Source of the DNA: Chrysomallon squamiferum
Taxonomy: Eukaryota; Animalia; Mollusca
Reading direction: 5' to 3'
Assembly (NCBI GenBank): GCA_012295275.1
Contig: CM022665.1
Span: 23,374,001 to 23,438,000, forward strand
Length of the DNA stretch: 64,000 bases
Part shown: positions 1 through 13,800 of the stretch, piece after piece
Layout: every line of letters starts with the position of its first letter
How positions within the stretch are numbered: position 1 is the stretch's first letter
Notes under the pieces: generated by a model
What the model saw: only the letters and a program-made list of their open reading frames with translations
What the model was told of the DNA's origin: nothing
The model's database searches: none
Program-made: the position numbers and the translations under genes

Positions 1-50
1 AATGATACGACCGACTGCTACAAAACAGTAACTACTAAGTAACTGACAAC

Positions 51-61
51 AGCCCGCCAAT
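51..61 (+). promoter_or_regulatory. Putative E2F/CCAAT element upstream of MIS18BP1
   Basis: AGCCCGCCAAT (TTGGCGGG on the - strand, overlapping CCAAT) about 200 nt before the start codon, in a CpG-containing stretch. Motif match only. Confidence 0.3.
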
Positions 62-258
62 ATTAATTTTTCTGGTGTTTTAAGTTAAGCTAAACTTTCT
101 CAAGCCTTTACAAATTTAATTTTGAGACCTTAAAATCTGCTGCATTTAATTTCATTCACCGATTCAGAAATCTTTTCCACAAATATATTCATATTGTAAT
201 TTGTACGCACAATTAGTAGGGATTAAACTTTTTTGTTTTTTTTGTTTTCTTCTTCTAG

Positions 259-1737
259 ATGGCACGTAAATTACAGAAAACAATTGCAATGGATCCTATT
301 GCTGCAGCATTTGAGGAAATTTATGAGAAAAGTCCTATACCAAAGGTTTTGATGATTTATTTTCTTAAATATTCGTGTCATTTAATAATTTTTAAGTAAA
401 ATTATTATTATATTTTTGCATTATTTAAAAAACCCCAAACCAAAACTGAAATTCAAATTTATAAGTTTAAAGATTAATCTGGTATTTATTTATTTATTTA
501 TTATTAGTATTATTTTGATTATTAAATTTTTTTGTATAATACTTTGTGAATACTTTCTACAATGACAAACTGACAAAGACTATCTTTGAAACAGTGAACA
601 GATGATTTTTAATGCTTTTTAATTTCAGATGTTTTCTCACATTTTCACTGGTGGTGGTAATCATCTACGTCATCCTCTTCCTTTACCCAGTACCTTCAAA
701 CGACCGCCCCAAAAACCAAAGAAAAAATTTGTTCTGCAGTCTCTGAAGAAATTAACTGATGGTTCTTCAGTGTCGGAAGATGATTTATCCTTTGACAAAA
801 CTTCAGATTCTTTTTCATTGGGAGATACCACAAACCAGAAGCAGTCTAACCAAGAAAATGAGAATGTTGCAATTGAAATGGCATGTGAAATAATGACCAC
901 GACCATTGATACAAATGAAATAACAGTAAATTCTCCTAAAGATATAAATTTAATAAATGCTAATAAAGATGAGAATGAAATGGAAAATAACAGAGGTAAA
1001 TACATGTTCTGTTTTTGGTACTTTCTCTTTATGATAGTGCACCTTCTTTAACTGTTGCCAGTTGTTTTTCACAGCATGGTCAAAGTAAATGGTCAGTTAG
1101 CAAAAAATGTGTGCAGTTTGTGATATCACTGCATACAGTCCTTCTCCAAAATTCTGTGGTTAACTAATTCTATAATTTCTGCCATGAATATCATTGACTG
1201 TTGATTACATGCATACTTTCTGTTTTGATTGTGTATATATATATAAATGAAAATACTGTAGTCAATATTAAACTTTCCTTTTAATTTTCTAGTTGCAGGA
1301 AATACATCCAGTGGCTCCCAGAATGGTGACTGTAGCAAAGTTTATATTCTAACAGATTGGAATATTAAACCAGTGCCACAGTGTCGAGGAGTTGTTGTGG
1401 AAGGAAAACTTCATGGGCAAGTTTTAATATACTGACAGTTAATGTAAAGGACCTTTTAGTTACTAAAATAAAATATATTTATGGTCATGTAAGGTAAACA
1501 TTTTCAACTCTCCAAGGATAAAGTACATTACTGGAACACAAAGATGTAATCCATTTTATTGGTGAATGACAAATCATTTTCCAAACCTAATAAATTTTAT
1601 ACATATAGTTTTGTACTATCCTACTGTTTTTGTTTTTGTTTGTGTTTATATAATTTATTTCTCCTACAGTTTAAATAAATTAATTAAAAAAAAAAAAAAA
1701 TTCCTATCAAATGTTAGAAATGCTATTTCAACTTTGA

Positions 1738-1768
<31 letters not shown>

Positions 1769-2086
1769 GCATTGCTTTTACATATGACTGTAGTAATAAA
1801 AATTGTCATTAATTTCACATCTAAGAAAAAAACTATTTATTCAGAATATGATTTTATGTGCTCTGTGTTTCAGACCTTAAAATAATATGTGATTTTTGCT
1901 GCTGTATTAAATAAATTGTTTTTATATATTTGTCATTTAGATCTAATGATGATGTTCTGTGGCACAGCAGTCCTGTTAGCAAAAGAATCCAAACGCGAAC
2001 TTTAATATCCAGTACAGGATCAACATATAAACTAAAAGGAAGAATGAATCATGCTGCTACAATGGAAGCAGGTTAATTTCTTATTA

Positions 2087-2127
<41 letters not shown>

Positions 2128-5100
2128 TTTCCACCACAGCCTCACATCCAAAATTTAAAGAATATTTAGGATAAGTTATCAAATGTACAGAATAAATATT
2201 TGTTACAATGTAATACTTTAAAAAAATATTCTTTGTTACTTCCAATATTTAAAACCTTATGAATTAAATACCACACTGGTTACAAGATAAATTAAATGTA
2301 ATACGCTTCATTTAACACGAAGATGTATTTTATTGTAAGCTAGATGTTAACTGATTTTGTTTTAATAAACCAGAAACTATCTAAAACAATCCCCTTTAAA
2401 AAAAACCTCTACATTGTCATACAACTCTTTATTTATCTACAATTTTCAAACAATTGCTGTTATTAGGTAGCAGCAGACAGTAACTTCTTAACTCAGCTTA
2501 CAAGCAATCTGTAGCATTATTAATGGCATGGAAATACAAAATGAAGATTTGCTCTTGAATTCATAATCTGCATTTGAAAAAGCTGGACAGTTAAAAGTGT
2601 ATTCCAACATCTGCAGCATCTGGCTCTGGTTTAGCACCAATGGAAAGCAAATAAAATGAACTTTCTAATGGTATGTGGCAAGACAGGAATAAAAGAAAAA
2701 TAACAATTTTTTTCTTGAAAGATTGGCTTCAAACTTAAATTGTGATATATTGCAATGAATATATGCCCAACAACTTGGATGTATTGTTACATCCAGTAAC
2801 AACATGTAGATGTGTCTGGAATATGAGTCTTACAGTAACTGAAAAGTACAAGATCAAAATACAGCTAACATATCATTAGTACATACTATATCATTTTCAG
2901 TATATGTGTCTGATTCACTATTGGATAATCACATTTTTGGATGTGAAACTGTTATAATGATAGCTCAACATATGCAGGCTGCTAATTTAGTACTGTAATT
3001 GCATGCTTCTTTAGAGCTACCATGAAAATGCCAAGTACAAACTCATATTAGGAACTGAAGTTAACAATAGAACACTTTATTGATTTTATTCAGTCATTCA
3101 ATATTTTAAGCAAATCCATATGCTATATCTCTGCTCAAGTCATTTTGGTATTTTTCTCATGTCTGGAGGATTGTGTCATCAATCAGAATACAAAGATCAT
3201 TGTCAGAAAAATTTTGGGTGCTCTCTGTGAGGAGTACTTTCAGGCTTTTAAATCCCAGACAACACTGATCATCAGTAATGAAATGAGATGGCTGTGTGGA
3301 TGTTTTTGTGCATCTTATATTTTAAGTATTTGGTTTTCTTTTTCACAAAATAACTTGATTTTTATGATGATGACTATAATTGTAGTTATTTTTTTGGTTT
3401 TTTAAAAATCAGGTTTCATTCTGCCAATTGCCTTGAAGTTTAGAAATGGTTTTCCTTCAGACTGGCTTGAAGCTATCAAAGAATACTATGATTACATTGA
3501 AAGGTATGAACTTATTTAACACAATACATATGGATGTATGTTTAATAATTTATTAGGATGAAATATTTTTCTTATCATTTTGTATTGTATGCAATGGAAA
3601 CAAAACAACATCTTGGAAGTTTAACTGTATCAATGTGGGTTGCTTTGTCTAACTACAATATTTGACATTCTTATATGATAGTGTTTGCATTATTATTTAG
3701 AAACATTTTGGGGGTTGATTTGCTGGATGAAATTTAGTCTTTTCTGTAGCAACGAATATGAAGAGTCATTTTCAAGAGATGAAAGATCATTTGATGTGAA
3801 GACTTCAGATGAAAAGAAATGTAAGATTACTCATTAAAATTTTGTTAACACCTTTAAAGATAAAAATATCTGTCTGTAAACAAATGTGTATCAGTCTTTA
3901 GCAGATAATAAGGTGTAAACTTAAATGTAACTTTCTTGTTAAGTGATTCATATAATACTTTGCATTTCATATCTTTCTTTTGATGGTGTCTTCTTTTATG
4001 ATTTTTTTCAATTAAATGACATATTATAGCCCAATATAAGTTTCTGGGGTTATTATTGTTATTGATATCAAGGAAACAACATTTTCTACAAAACTAAGCT
4101 GTATAAATATTTAAATATAGAAACAGTCATTAGCTTCTTTTTTGTTCTTGGTAATTTCTTAAAATGAGTTTGTATTAAGATTTATTTAATTTTTAATTTT
4201 TTTTTAGAAAATCAAAATATTTTTGTAATCTTAATTCTTAAATCTGTAATTTTTTAAACCATTTTTAATTTATGCATAAGCTTTAGTTGGAACCCCGACT
4301 GGAATGGTGGATGTTGAGATGTTTCCACGAACAAAAAGTGGAAGACGGGTGAAGCCTCCTCTGGCCTGGTGGATGGGACAGAGGATTCTTGTAGATCCTG
4401 TAACAGACAGGTTGTCTATTAAATGTATGACTCAGAAAGCAGAAACTGTCTTAAACCACATCGCATTGGATGTTTCTAGACGTGAAAAGGTAGAATTTTC
4501 TATTTTGCAAAATAACTTGATTTTTTGTTTATTATTTTAGCTTTTTTGTTTTTGTGTACAAACCATATACTCATATTTGTGTTTTTGTTGTTACTGCTCT
4601 AACATCTACATTTCTAAACCAGCATAATAATTTTTTGACATCGTAATTGTATATTCTGTTACTATTACTCGAAGAGAATCAGTGCAGTAATATTAATTTT
4701 GATATTTTACCTTTTCAGCCTCGTAAGCATAATACATCACATGCTTCCAAAATCTCTGATTGCAAAACAGAGGGTAGTAAGTTAGAAAAAGATGTTATAA
4801 ATATTATCAAAACTTCAAAAAAGGAACGTCTTTCTAAACAGGTTAAATCCAAAGTGACATGCTACAGTCAAAAAACAGATGTTAAAAAAGTTAATAAACA
4901 AAAGGGGAACAATCCTTTTGTTTCAGTGACAGATATAAAAGAGAAAAGAAAAAATAATCAAAGCAGAAAATATGATCCTTTTGAAATCAGTGATTCAGAT
5001 GATCAGAGTAAAATACAGAAGCATAGTGACAACTGCAGGACTAAAAGTGATTCTGTTCATAGTGCAGAAACTGAAACAGAACCTGAGGTTCATCACAGAA

Positions 5101-8100
5101 TTTTACGACAAAGGAAATGTGTAAACTATCGAGATTGTTACAATATGAATTCTGTTACGTCAGAATCAGGACCAAAGAATTTTTGTGTGTCAGAGCCTAA
5201 GAAGAAAATAAAATCCCATTCACAAAAGCCTCTGGTAAAAATGGATAAAAAACATGACAAACGGCACAAGCAAGGTTCAGTCACACAGCTGGTGGAGCAA
5301 TATGATGAAATTGAGAAGGCAAAAAATCCCAATAAATTGGTTACATTGCCATCAGAAAACTACCAGGCAAGAAAATGGTCAAAGTCAGAAAAACAAAGAC
5401 TTGAAAAGTAAGTACATTGTTTTTCACAGCCAGCAAATAGATTAACTGGATTTATATTTATAATGAACTAAGACAAGAACTTGGGCTTGGAATAATCCCA
5501 TTGAGCACTGTTAGAAAAACCCCTACTATTTTCAAACTTTATAAAAAAAATAAGTCCATCTGCAGCAAAGCACATAATGTTTTCAGAATTATGTAAAAAT
5601 GTCATATCAAAACAAAAAAAATGTTAAATACATTTTACTACATTAAGCAAAGGCTTTATTACTGTTTCATTAAAAATAAATAAAAGATCTGTTATTGTTG
5701 TATACTGAATCTGTTGTGGGAAAAGAAATTATCCTACACAGCTTTGACAATGACAAAGAAAAGTTTAAAACATCAGTGGATTATGATGGGTAGAAAATAA
5801 AATAATATGTTTCAATTTACAGAAATAAAAATGTTTTCCTTACCATTATTGAAATTTTAATGTCTTATTTTGGCATAGCTGCATTTATAAAATTTTGTAA
5901 GCATGCATTTAAATTAAATCTATACAGTGTTGTCTTTCTGAAATGTTTGATCAAACAATATTTTATGTTTCTTAAAATGGAAATATTTAACAACTAGATC
6001 ACATAAGAAAATTAGTTGCATCATGAACTCTGTTTTATTGTTTGCATCAATTTTAGTATCTTTAATTATTTACTGTCTTATGACATCAAACTGTCTATTG
6101 TTCTAATACATTTAATTGCCTTTTTGTTTCACTAAAATGCCACAAGCCAAGTACATAATTTTATTAATGAAGTATTAAAATAATAGCATATTTAAAATAG
6201 AAGGAATTTCATGACCTGAAATTTACATTATATGTTATTTACAATGATAACGACTACTGATTAGGGAAGCAAAATGACTATGATACTTTACAAACTTTGA
6301 CTGCTCACACACTATTAATCTCACTGAAAACAAGCAATTAATATTATTGAAAATGTTTTTATTTAGAGCTCTTTGGGAAACTAACCCAGATGATCCTGAC
6401 TTTTGGAATATTGTTTCCAAGATGGTGCAGACTCACACTGCAGCAGAATGTCAAGAATTCTGCTTACAAGAAATTCCTGGAGTAAAGGATAAGAAAAGTC
6501 GAGGAAAATCTTCATCAGTTACTGCAAGTAAGTGAAAATGTTTAATAATTATATTTATCCTGATTTTTTGTTATTTGGGTTTTTTTTAAACAAATAAAGA
6601 CTAGATTAAAATATCTGACCATTTTCAACATTAAATTGCTAAAATGCTTATTTTTAATTTAAAGCTTTTTGTTATTATGTATTCCTGTCTTTGGAAATAA
6701 ATAAAGAAATAATTTTAAAAAGTACTGGTTAATGTTCCAAGATATTGTTTATTCCAGACAAAGACATTCTAGCGAGAGTTGGGACATTGAAACGCAAAAA
6801 GCAGCTGCGAGAATTCCTTGATAAACAGAATGACGATTATAATGCAGATTTGTTTGACAGCACACCAATGCGGGCAAAATCTCTAAGAAAGGTACAGTCA
6901 GAATATATTTATAAAACCCCCAAATAATACCTTTTATGCTGAAAACTGTTGAAGCAAAAGAAAAACAATAACTTTCAGTGATGCAAATGAAATATTATCC
7001 CACTTTTTGAAACTATGGATTGTTTTATTTATTTAGGTGACTAATTTTGGCTGATACCAAAGTATGGCAGTAAAAACCAAATTTCTGGAAATGAAATGTG
7101 CTGTTGAAATATTTTATTATCTTTAATCCATTAAGCATTCATTAAATTCATATAATTTATTAGTTGTTAAAAAGTAACATTTATCTTTTATATTTAATGG
7201 ACATAACATCAGAAGAGCAGAAATACAATAGGTGAAAAAAAATCATATTTACATCGGTTGATTAATGCTAAGCAGTTACATAATAAGATTAATGACAGTG
7301 ATCATTCTACTTTTTCAGATCCCTCGGTTAGATGATGGTGATGTTATAGATGTATTCAACACTGTTACTCCAGGCCTTCATCATCAGACACCTAATATTC
7401 GTTATGCAATACCAGTCAGATCCACGGGTAAAACACCGTTTGCAAGCACCATAAGTCCATGGATGGAACCAGTAAATAGGTTGGAAAGAATTACAGTTGA
7501 TTGAAGTATATTTAATTAAGCTATGTTACAGCTCTTCAAACCCAACTCAGATTTATTATTATTATTATCATTATCATTACCAATATTATTATTTTAATGG
7601 ATAAGTTGACACAAATTATTCATCTGAAAAAGTAGGTAATTAATCATTACCTCTTCATGCCAAGTACTTTAAAAAAATTCACCCAAAAGAAGTTAACACC
7701 AGTGGGTTGAAGTGAATTTAAACATCCATTCATTCATTTATACCTTGTTAAAACCATGTATTAATTGAAAGGGATTTGTGAAAATTTATCTTCTTAGACC
7801 AAACATTTTTCAATAAATGATGACATACATGAAAAATAAATAGGCCTTTCAGAAATCGTAACAACATAAAAAAACAATGGTTATGAACTCTTTCTTCCAG
7901 AACTCACGCTGACCAGTACATTACTAATGTACAGAAAAAGAAAAGAAAACATGTTCCCAAGATCCAACAGGTTAATGCTATTTTTGAAATCAACAAATTG
8001 TACAACAATAATTATAATGGTTGCCCATTGTGGATTGTTTTCTGTTGGAATGTCTCCCATTCCTGTGCTCTATGACAGTGTATTAACAGAATTATATTTG

Positions 8101-8590
8101 TCTTGCAGTTTCTAAGTACGTTAATATTATATGTCCCTTGTTGGAATAATGAAGAAAAATCAAGCATGTTTTTATATTATGACTGGAATACCAAATATTT
8201 GATACTGACTTAAAATATTGACATATTCTCATGATGATAAATAAAACCAGAAAATATATAACTGTTGATGAATGCAGTAATAACATTTGATATGATTCCT
8301 ATGACAAAAGTAATTTCTGTAAGCTCCAATTAATAAAAGAATGCATTTTCTCTTACTTTATATATAACGATAAGTTTTGGAACTGAACATTTCAGGCTAA
8401 TTAAGTAGTATTTTAACTTTCCTTTCAGACTCCATCTAAATCAAGTGAATCTGTCAGTTGTCAACCTGTCAAAACTTTATTCGTGTCTGGAGACAGTAGA
8501 CACAATCCTTTTGAAGGTGTTGAAAGTGTGGAGGAAGAGGTTGAAGAAGAAGGTGAAGACTACTATTGGACTGATGAAATGGAAGACTAA
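259..8590 (+). CDS. MIS18BP1: Mis18-binding protein 1 / KNL2 (CENP-A loading factor), 13 coding exons
   Basis: Hand-spliced exons 259-345, 629-995, 1293/1299-1416, 1941-2071, 3413-3503, 3750-3820, 4281/4287-4489, 4719-5407, 6367-6527, 6758-6891, 7319-7479, 7901-7970 and 8429-8590 give one frame. They encode a SANTA domain (LTDWNIK..VVVEGKL..WHSS..RI..L.S.TGSTYKLKG..KFRNGFPSDW), a CENP-C-like motif (RTKSGRRVKPPLAWWMGQRI), a SANT/Myb domain (KWSKSEKQRL..PDFWNIVSKMVQTHTAAECQE), the block ARVGTLKRKKQLREFL..DLFDSTP and an acidic tail EEEGEDYYW. Confidence 0.93.
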
Positions 8591-8669
8591 TTTCAGTTTG
8601 AAATTATTTTAATAAAATTGTGCCATCTCATGAAGTATATAATAGTAAAGTTACAAAGTAATTTTTTTT

Positions 8670-8707
<38 letters not shown>

Positions 8708-10810
8708 CATTTTTTATGTATTGTATTTTTATTCAAGTACAACATAAAAATAACATCTGTGCAAGGATGAACATAGGCTGATTTTCACTTTTATCATCAT
8801 GTTATTTTGTAAATGTAAAAATTATCCTAAAAGATATGTAAATTGCTGCAGGATCCTCCATCATGGAATTTTGAACATGAAAAAGGAAACCAGTTTCTGT
8901 GCATTTGTGTTAGCCTCTGTTCAGTCATCCTTTATTATCCTAGAAGATGGAAACAAACAGTATTTTGGAAATATACCAAATTTATATATGGTATATGCTA
9001 TTTCACACAGCTTTTGCAGCTAGGCCTTTACGGCAGTTTTTGTTCATTTTTTTTTTTTTTTTTTTTTTTTTTGTGGAGTTGAGGGGTTCAGTGATGATAA
9101 AATGGATACAACTATCATCAAATTTGCATTAAGCAAACATTTTAGTTATATTTTCATAACTAATTTTATTATATTCTAACTTTTATGAAATTAAGGCTTA
9201 AGACAAATTCTTAATTTTAGAGCATTTATTGGTTTGGATAGTTAGCAGTGATACTATTACACATGAAATTGTTGTCTGTTTCACATTAGTAATGTAATAA
9301 TAATTATTAGACATCATTCCATTGTTTCCGACCATTTTCAGTGAGAAAATAACTAACATATTTTAAATGCAGTTCCATTTAAAATGCTGTATCCCAAAAT
9401 ATTTTACACTTTATGTTTAGGAGTTATTTTGTTACAAACACTTAGTACAGTATTTTGGGTTCTTTTTGTTTCTTTTCTTGTATATTTCTAAACATTGACC
9501 TTTATTTTTGTAAGTATAAAAAAAAGAATAATGTACTTGTGTCCCAAAGATTAGGATTCCACTGTAAATGAAAAACATAAAAGCACATATAATAACATAT
9601 ATACAGTAATTTTAACAAAATCAAATAACTTTTAATAATTTGAAATTTTGTTTAAATAAAATCAAATAAAAAAAGGTAATTAGTCTTAGTAGTACAGGAA
9701 AAGTGGATTCATTATGCATATTGGTTAATTTGTATGTTTTATTTTATTATATAAGATTTAATACTGTAACTCATATTCTTTGGTCATTAATTGTACAAAA
9801 CAAGATGCCTTTATTTGTACTAGAAATCATATTAAATGGAAGCAGTGGGTGCTGTCTTCACTAGTTCCTAACAGAATAAACTAGTTTGGTTATTATTCAC
9901 CTTTAAATATATGGAATGCTAATGTTGGATCTTACAAAGTAAAGTCATGTTGTTGGTGTTACAAAGCATTCAGTTTCAAATCTTCCAAGTAATATGATTG
10001 TTCCTATGATTCTCAGAGCAAAACTGTTTAAATACTAATAAAAGTAAGAAGTAACAATTTAACAAAGCATGGTTTTTATAGAATTTTTTATTTCCAGATA
10101 CAGTAGCAAAAATAATATATTATATAGCTGCCAGCATTCATGCACATTGTGCATCATTAGTTAAAAACAGGAATAAAAACATCTATAATATATATAAAAC
10201 AAGAAACAATAGTTTGATATAATTATTTCTCTAAATTACTTTATAAGACTAGGAATAAAATTTTCTCAAAATTTTGTTAACATGTCAGTGTGGATTGTTT
10301 TGATATTAAACTCCAAAACAGTTCAGTTAACTGGATTTTCTTCCTTGGTAAGATTACAATGTGAAAATACATACATTTTATTAAAACCTAATACGGAATG
10401 TTGCATAACTTGAGTTAAAATAGCCATTTACTTCTGTTAAATTCAGTGCCAAAAATGCAATTTCTGAATTGTAATCCACTCATCATAGAAAAAATTTCAC
10501 ATTAAGAATATTGATTATGATACCTTGACAAGTACACATTTGTATATTGCACCAGGAAATGATAACAATTAAAGCATAATACACTGTTTTAGTTATAAAA
10601 TTTATATCCCTTACAAGAATACCATAATTACCATCAGTTGGATGGTGTTGAAAAGTCTTTGTTTATTTAACAAACACTACTTGTTAGTATAAGACAAAAA
10701 GAAAGTAACCAATTATATATCAATCACCAAAGCAAATATTTTATTAATCTGTCATTTAAAATGAGCATATACTTCCGCCACATTAACATGATAATGACCA
10801 TTTCTGTTGT

Positions 10811-13800
10811 TTATGACTTTTGGTCATCAGGAGTATCTGGCTGGTTTGATGGATGAGCTGCTTTGAAAGCATCAATTTTCACCAGTTCATTGTATACCCT
10901 GTTGATTGTTGGAAACTGATTCATATCAATACCAAACCTTAAAAAAAGTAATAATAATAAAGATTTTTAAATCGATGTAAGTAAACTGTGTGTGTGTGTG
11001 TGAACTTACGTTTCAGGATAAGTTGTAAGAAAAAAAATTAACTAAATAACTATTGTTAATAAAATGATACTATTGTTTTAAATGAAGGTAACTGAACATT
11101 TTATAATTTGTTAGCTATTTTCACTTACTAAAGCATTAGAAAGTTCATATTAACTGCCTTTCAGAAAACAAATTTAATAACACAGTGTGTTTATGTATGT
11201 TTAACACAACTATGACTACTACTAGCTACAGAATCATTTCTCTTTAAATTATATGTAAGATTTTTTTTTTTTTTAAACGCTATTTACAACATTCCATTTT
11301 ATAATTTTATAATTAAAATAAAACTGTCCAACACAAGGAAGACTGTTGTTGAACTAAGATATAATATGTAACAAAACCAGAAATAAAAAGTTTAGTCATG
11401 AATTTATATAGGAAATATAAATGTTATAAGCATACCTCAAAGCATTGAAAACCTGAGGCACTAGACAGATATCAGCCAGGGTAATATCATCTTTAAATGA
11501 ATATTTGCCAGCCGTTTCTTGAAGAAAGACTTCAAGGGCTAAAATAACAAATTTAGAAACTTAATGTTAATGTGCAATAATTATAATACTACTATTGTAT
11601 CAATGCATTAATGATATCATTTTTCAGTGACTTCTGATTTCACTGAAGCCAATCAATATTATTTTGTCTGTCAAATATGAGTTTTCCAATTAATGTTATT
11701 TCGGTTATGAACATTAACTTTTATTTTCATTTATTTTTATTTTTTTAAAAAAAAGAAAAAAAAGAAACTTCATTGTCTTTTTTTATTTATACCTTTAAAA
11801 CCTTTCTCAATCCAGAATTTTGCCCATTCCATTTTATTTTCATCACCAACTTTCTTCAATACACAAAAATTCTGAATTGGTTGGATACCAGAATTAACAA
11901 TCTCTGCTAGAGCTCGAATCTAAATTTAATAACAAAATAATAAAGCATAACAAAAATTAACAAAAAAATAAATGATAATATTAATAATTAAAGAAATCAC
12001 AAAAAACTATTTTTTTATTTTATTTTACCAGCTGATGTTTTCCAAGGTTAAAATGAAAATTACTGTTCTTTATACATTTTAATTATAATCTTTTTTTTTT
12101 AGTGTGTTTGTGTATTTTGTGCTTTTATATAATAGGAAATAAAAAAAGTAATAAAAATAGAAAATTTGATCTCAAGCTACATAATTCATAAGGAAAATTA
12201 AAGTAATGATCCTTCTCTAATTAAGGAAAATAAACCTTAAAAAGAATTAATTCATGAAGTTTATTAGCTTAATTTGCTAAGAGGGGATTTAATATTTAAA
12301 ACACTTCAACCAGGAAATACCCAATGACCTCTTAACAGTCATTTTCAAATTAACTGGATGTGGCAAGGTATAATTTACTGATAAGTTATATCTGCAGTGG
12401 TTTACTTATGTCATCTAAGGACTGGCTCTTTAGTTTAAATTAATTAGATGAAATAGAGATTTGTTGTGCAGTATTCTATGTATTCAAAATGTTCAAATTA
12501 AATAAAATATGGATTTTACACAATACATATCTAATGAAGTTTGTTTAATTTAATTATGCTAAGAGATCACATTGATTTAGTTTCTATTTAATTAAGATAA
12601 TAAACATTTGGTAATTCTGGCATATACCTTTAAAGGAAAATATTTTATAATTTCTAGTATTTTAACTCTTCTAAGCACTTTCTCCATTGTAAATCAAAAA
12701 GGGAAAAACATCCTATGGGGCCAACAAAAATAATCTGTCCTAGTCCAGTTATATATCAGTTGTTCTTAACCACAGGTCACATCTCATCTCAACTAATTCT
12801 ATACCAGTATAGGTTTAATATTTAATCAGTGTTTATCCTTTATTTAATGATCAAATACAATATTAAAGTTATTACTTCAAAAACAATTCATTTTTACATT
12901 ATGTTATTAATAAGAATGTTGGCAGTGTAATTAACTTTATAGGTTAATATAAAAATTATTAAGTAGACAACTGATTTAACAATGCTTCTTGAATCCAGCA
13001 TCATATAAGTTAGTTAATTAATTACTGAAGTTATTTATCTTCAGTTTAATCTGGAAAAAAGAACAAAAACTTAACATACCTTTGCTCTGTGTGCTGGCTC
13101 TGTAGGCAGAAGTGGAGAATCTGGTCTAGTTTCATCCAGGTATTCAATAATGGGCAACTTTAAGACATAAAAATAAATGGTTAACCATCTAAATTTATGC
13201 ATAATATGAATTAATAGGAGCAAATTTTTAAAGAGGCAAAAAAACATGTTTTCTGATTATTTAAATTCAGCCATTATATTTTAAGTCAAAAGTGTACTTC
13301 AGCAATTTATATATTAAATGATTCTGGAAGAAATGAAATATTTAATTTAAAGGAAAATGATAACAGTGAGCAATCAGAATAATTACTCTATTGTCAAAGA
13401 GTTGAATTCATGAAAATGGTGACATATACATGATAATGTAATGTACTACTAATAATATATTTTAAATAAAACAAATACATTAACTAGGTATATTTATAAT
13501 TTTATTTAAACCATGGAAAAATTAAAACAAATTTGTGAAAATTCTCTGTTGACATGACATGATTATTGTTTTTGAAATTACTGATGGTGTGATTTCATAC
13601 AATGTTACTAGAAATGACAGAATTGTTTGTATTTCAGTATATTTTGAATGTAATTTCACAAAATAAATAAAATATAAACCAAATAACCATAAAAATAAAG
13701 TTAGTCAGTATAACATAACATAGGCTGAAAATGAAGTGAAGTAAATTAAAATCTAAATAATAAAAGTATACAAACTGATTGCACCAATCTATGGCCATCA

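Noticed and set aside
670-1005. Minus-strand hydrophobic ORF (111 aa) and similar antisense ORFs (5138-5332, 34059-34262, 43084-43317, 49234-49440)
   Set aside because: They are shadows of real exons on the opposite strand.
3145-3405. 86-aa ORF and a TGTCTGG..GGATT/AATCCCAGACA stem in a MIS18BP1 intron
   Set aside because: No recognisable protein, not needed for the frame, and no correctly ordered C/D or H/ACA boxes.
8788-9120. TTTTATCATCA/TGATGATAAAA inverted repeats in the MIS18BP1 3' region
   Set aside because: Short and AT-rich, with no TSD or SECIS geometry; no in-frame TGA in the gene.
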